Part shown: piece by piece, positions 62,038 to 64,000 of the stretch
Numbering within the stretch: position 1 is the first letter of the stretch
Layout of the letters: each line of letters starts with the position of its first letter
DNA from: an uncultured Actinomycetes bacterium
GTDB lineage: Bacteria > Actinomycetota > Acidimicrobiia > IMCC26256 > DASPTH01
Assembly: GCA_963720765.1 (NCBI GenBank)
Contig: CAVRGS010000013.1
Coordinates: forward strand, 342,071-406,070
Length of the DNA stretch: 64,000 nucleotides
Reading direction: 5' to 3'
Notes under the pieces: generated by a model
Database searches by the model: none
Seen by the model: the letters and a program-made list of their open reading frames with translations, nothing else
Told to the model about the DNA's origin: nothing
Position numbers and translations under genes: made by a program

Positions 62038-62752
62038 CGAGGAGCACCACCGATGTCCCCACCGGGATGTCGTGGCGCATGAGCCATCGGCGTTCGCGCG
62101 CGGCGAGCGGCGCGAACACCCGGTCGAGCGCGCGCTTGTCGACGTCGGACCCGCCGGGTTCGTCGCGTCGACGTCGCAGCCGGTCGACGGCGGCGAGGGT
62201 CGCGGCCGGCGGGGCGAGGAAGGAGTAGGCGTACGTGCAGCGCTGCACGGTGAGTCCGGCAGCGGTGGCGAGCTCCGCGAGGTCGGTGCGGCGGTACCGA
62301 CGCCGTCCGTGGACCGTGGCGTCGTGGGCGCGCCCCAGACTGGTGAACGCGGGCTCCACCAGCAGGACTGCGCCGCCCCGGCGGGTCACCCGCGCGAGCT
62401 CGTGCAGCGCGCCGGTGTCGTCGGGCACCGTGTACAGCACGGTGAGTCCGACGACCACTGCGTAGCTCTCGTCGGCGAAGGGGAGTGCGTCGATGCTCGC
62501 CCGCACGGGCGTGGTGGCGGGCCGTCGAGCCTTCACGAATGCGAGCGCGTCCGGCGAGAGGTCGACGCCGACGACTGCCCCGTGCTCGGCCAGCCACGCA
62601 CCGTTGCCGCCGGGCCCGCAGCCCGCATCGAGCAGGCGCTCGGTTCGGTGGAGCCAGGGGGCCAGCAGGCCGCCAGCCAGCGCGCGCGTGTTGCGGTACC
62701 ACCAGTGGTCGTCTTCCACTGCGGCGATGCGCGCGTACTCCTCGAGCTCCAC
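62027..62752 (-). CDS. Class I SAM-dependent methyltransferase
   Basis: The GTG at 62752 gives VELEEYARIAAVEDDHWWYR...LLDAGCGPGGNG (motif I)...LLVEP. It overlaps the GT2 3-prime end by 11 nt (convergent). Confidence 0.8.
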   Translation of the reverse strand: MELEEYARIAAVEDDHWWYRNTRALAGGLLAPWLHRTERLLDAGCGPGGNGAWLAEHGAVVGVDLSPDALAFVKARRPATTPVRASIDALPFADESYAVVVGLTVLYTVPDDTGALHELARVTRRGGAVLLVEPAFTSLGRAHDATVHGRRRYRRTDLAELATAAGLTVQRCTYAYSFLAPPAATLAAVDRLRRRRDEPGGSDVDKRALDRVFAPLAARERRWLMRHDIPVGTSVVLLATR

Positions 62753-62780
62753 GCGCGGCGAGGGTACCGGGGTGGGGCGC

Positions 62781-64000
62781 TCAGCGCGAGGCGACGCGCA
62801 CGGTGTCGATGACGAGGTCGGACGACGACCACGCCTGCACGCCGACCCGGTCACCACTGGCCGCGTCGCGTCCGCGATCGGCCGACGCCTGCTTCAGGTT
62901 CTCGACGGTCAGGACGTCGACCCCGTTGACCTGCGCCCGGAGGTGTTCGCCGATCACTTCGATGCGCACGAGCAGCGTGCCGTACATCGACGTCGGATCG
63001 TCACCGCCCACGCGAGCGATCGGGTTCCACAGCTCGCGGTCGGCCTGCCACTGGCGCACGAGATAGCCGCCACCGTCGTAGATGGGATCGATGTCGAACG
63101 AGTAGCCCGACATGCGGCCCTCGTCGTCGATCGACGCGCGGAAGAGCACACCCAGACCCGGGCCGGAGCGGAAGTCGACCTCGACCTCGGCGACGAAGTC
63201 GGAAGCTGTGATCACGTCGGCGAGCGCCCAGCGCTCGTCGGCGCGGCGCATCACGAGTCCGCCCTGGCCACGCACCTCCACCAGCGGGAGTGCGTTGCCG
63301 AGCTGCCAATCCGGACCTGCGGTCACGAACGCGTCGCCGATCGGCTGGGGCTCGGGCTCGTCGATCGCGGTGGGCTCGACGATCTCGGGCGTCGCGGTGA
63401 CGGGCTCGATCGAGGCCGGCTCGACGGGCCCGGTCCGCGTCGGCGACGGCTGGGCCCAGACGGGAGCGACGTCACCGGGCACGTCGACGATCGTCTCGGA
63501 GGAGTGGACGTTCCGTTCGGCGGTCGTGGCGACGTCGGCCGAGGCGATCTCGTCGCTCGTGTCGGCGACCTCGGATTCGGCGATGTGCGAACCGTCGGCG
63601 CGCCAGCTGATGTGCGCCAACTCGACGGTCTCGGCTTCGACGGAGGTCGCGGGCGCGTCGGCATCCACGGGCGGGACCGGTTCGACGGGTTCGACGGCGG
63701 TGTCGGCCATGGCGGCCGCGTCGGTGGCGGGCGTCCACGTGTCCCACGTCGGCGGCGCGTCCATCATCGGGGCGTCGAGGGCGGTCGAGCCGACGAGATC
63801 GGTCTCGGCCCCGATGATCTCGGCCGTCTCGTTCGCCGGTGTCCACTGCTCCCACGCCGGACGATCGTCGGCGACGTCGCGGCGCCTCGACGATCTCGGT
63901 GTCGACGATCTCGGTGTCGACGATCTCGGTGTCGACGATCTCGGTGTCGACGATCTCGGTGGCGTCCGTCTGCGACCAGGCGTCCCAGGCGGCGGGGGCG
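62781..64000 (-). CDS. Acidic repeat protein with C-terminal DUF1080/LamG-like (concanavalin-type) domain; 5-prime end outside the window, frame broken once (~63880)
   Basis: The C-terminus reads ..GPGLGVLFRASIDDEGRMSGYSFDIDP...LLVRIEVIGEHLRAQVNGVDVL...GVQAWSS... Upstream, the frame stays open past the first ATG (63767). It shows W-x2-W motifs and a (DTEIV)x5 repeat in the adjacent frame. Confidence 0.65.
   Translation of the reverse strand, partial: PPPPGTPGRRRTPPRSSTPRSSTPRSSTPRSSTPRSSRRRDVADDRPAWEQWTPANETAEIIGAETDLVGSTALDAPMMDAPPTWDTWTPATDAAAMADTAVEPVEPVPPVDADAPATSVEAETVELAHISWRADGSHIAESEVADTSDEIASADVATTAERNVHSSETIVDVPGDVAPVWAQPSPTRTGPVEPASIEPVTATPEIVEPTAIDEPEPQPIGDAFVTAGPDWQLGNALPLVEVRGQGGLVMRRADERWALADVITASDFVAEVEVDFRSGPGLGVLFRASIDDEGRMSGYSFDIDPIYDGGGYLVRQWQADRELWNPIARVGGDDPTSMYGTLLVRIEVIGEHLRAQVNGVDVLTVENLKQASADRGRDAASGDRVGVQAWSSSDLVIDTVRVASR
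63887..63961. repeat. 15-bp x 5 perfect tandem repeat (TCGACGATCTCGGTG), coding on the minus strand
   Basis: Read directly from the sequence. On the minus strand it encodes DTEIV five times, continuous with ..AAWDAWSQTDATEIV.. at the window edge. Confidence 0.9.

Noticed and set aside
63887-63961. The 15-bp x 5 repeat as a non-coding satellite.
   Set aside because: The period is 5 codons. On the minus strand it reads DTEIV in phase with sensible flanking protein sequence, so it is treated as a coding repeat.

Overview
This is a high-GC (about 70% by eye) actinobacterial-type chromosomal segment. I can support about 70 protein-coding genes and one RNase P RNA (rnpB, minus strand, about 34631-35006). 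I saw no rRNA, tRNA (checked by eye only), CRISPR array, transposase, integrase or phage genes.

Content is mostly housekeeping and cell envelope: RNase HI, a class A PBP, MurJ, an L,D-transpeptidase, a transglycosylase-like protein, BioB, TrpD, citrate synthase, TatA, WhiB, Aat, ArsC, PhoH2, an ABC-F ATPase and an MMPL transporter. It also holds a sugar-type ABC transporter with two tandem binding-protein paralogues and an oxidative cluster (Baeyer-Villiger/flavin monooxygenase, P450, SDRs). An amino-sugar/glycosyltransferase cluster lies at 58.4-62.8 kb.

The most consequential observation is technical or evolutionary. About 40 single-base reading-frame breaks hit about 22 genes, including murJ, the PBP and bioB. 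They are unevenly distributed, with none in 34.6-47.3 kb. I list these genes as CDS spanning the breaks and flag each one. I think indel errors are more likely than real decay, but I cannot prove it from the sequence alone.

Other points worth a second look:
- two adjacent secreted paralogues built from four copies of an unassigned 4-Cys module
- a 20-bp x 5 tandem repeat in the bioB/murJ divergent intergenic region
- three consecutive CxxC-pair small proteins coupled to trpD
- a partial acidic-repeat protein carrying a 15-bp x 5 coding repeat

I did not find a clear novel defence-type or mobile system. Family assignments come from motif recognition by eye, not from database searches.
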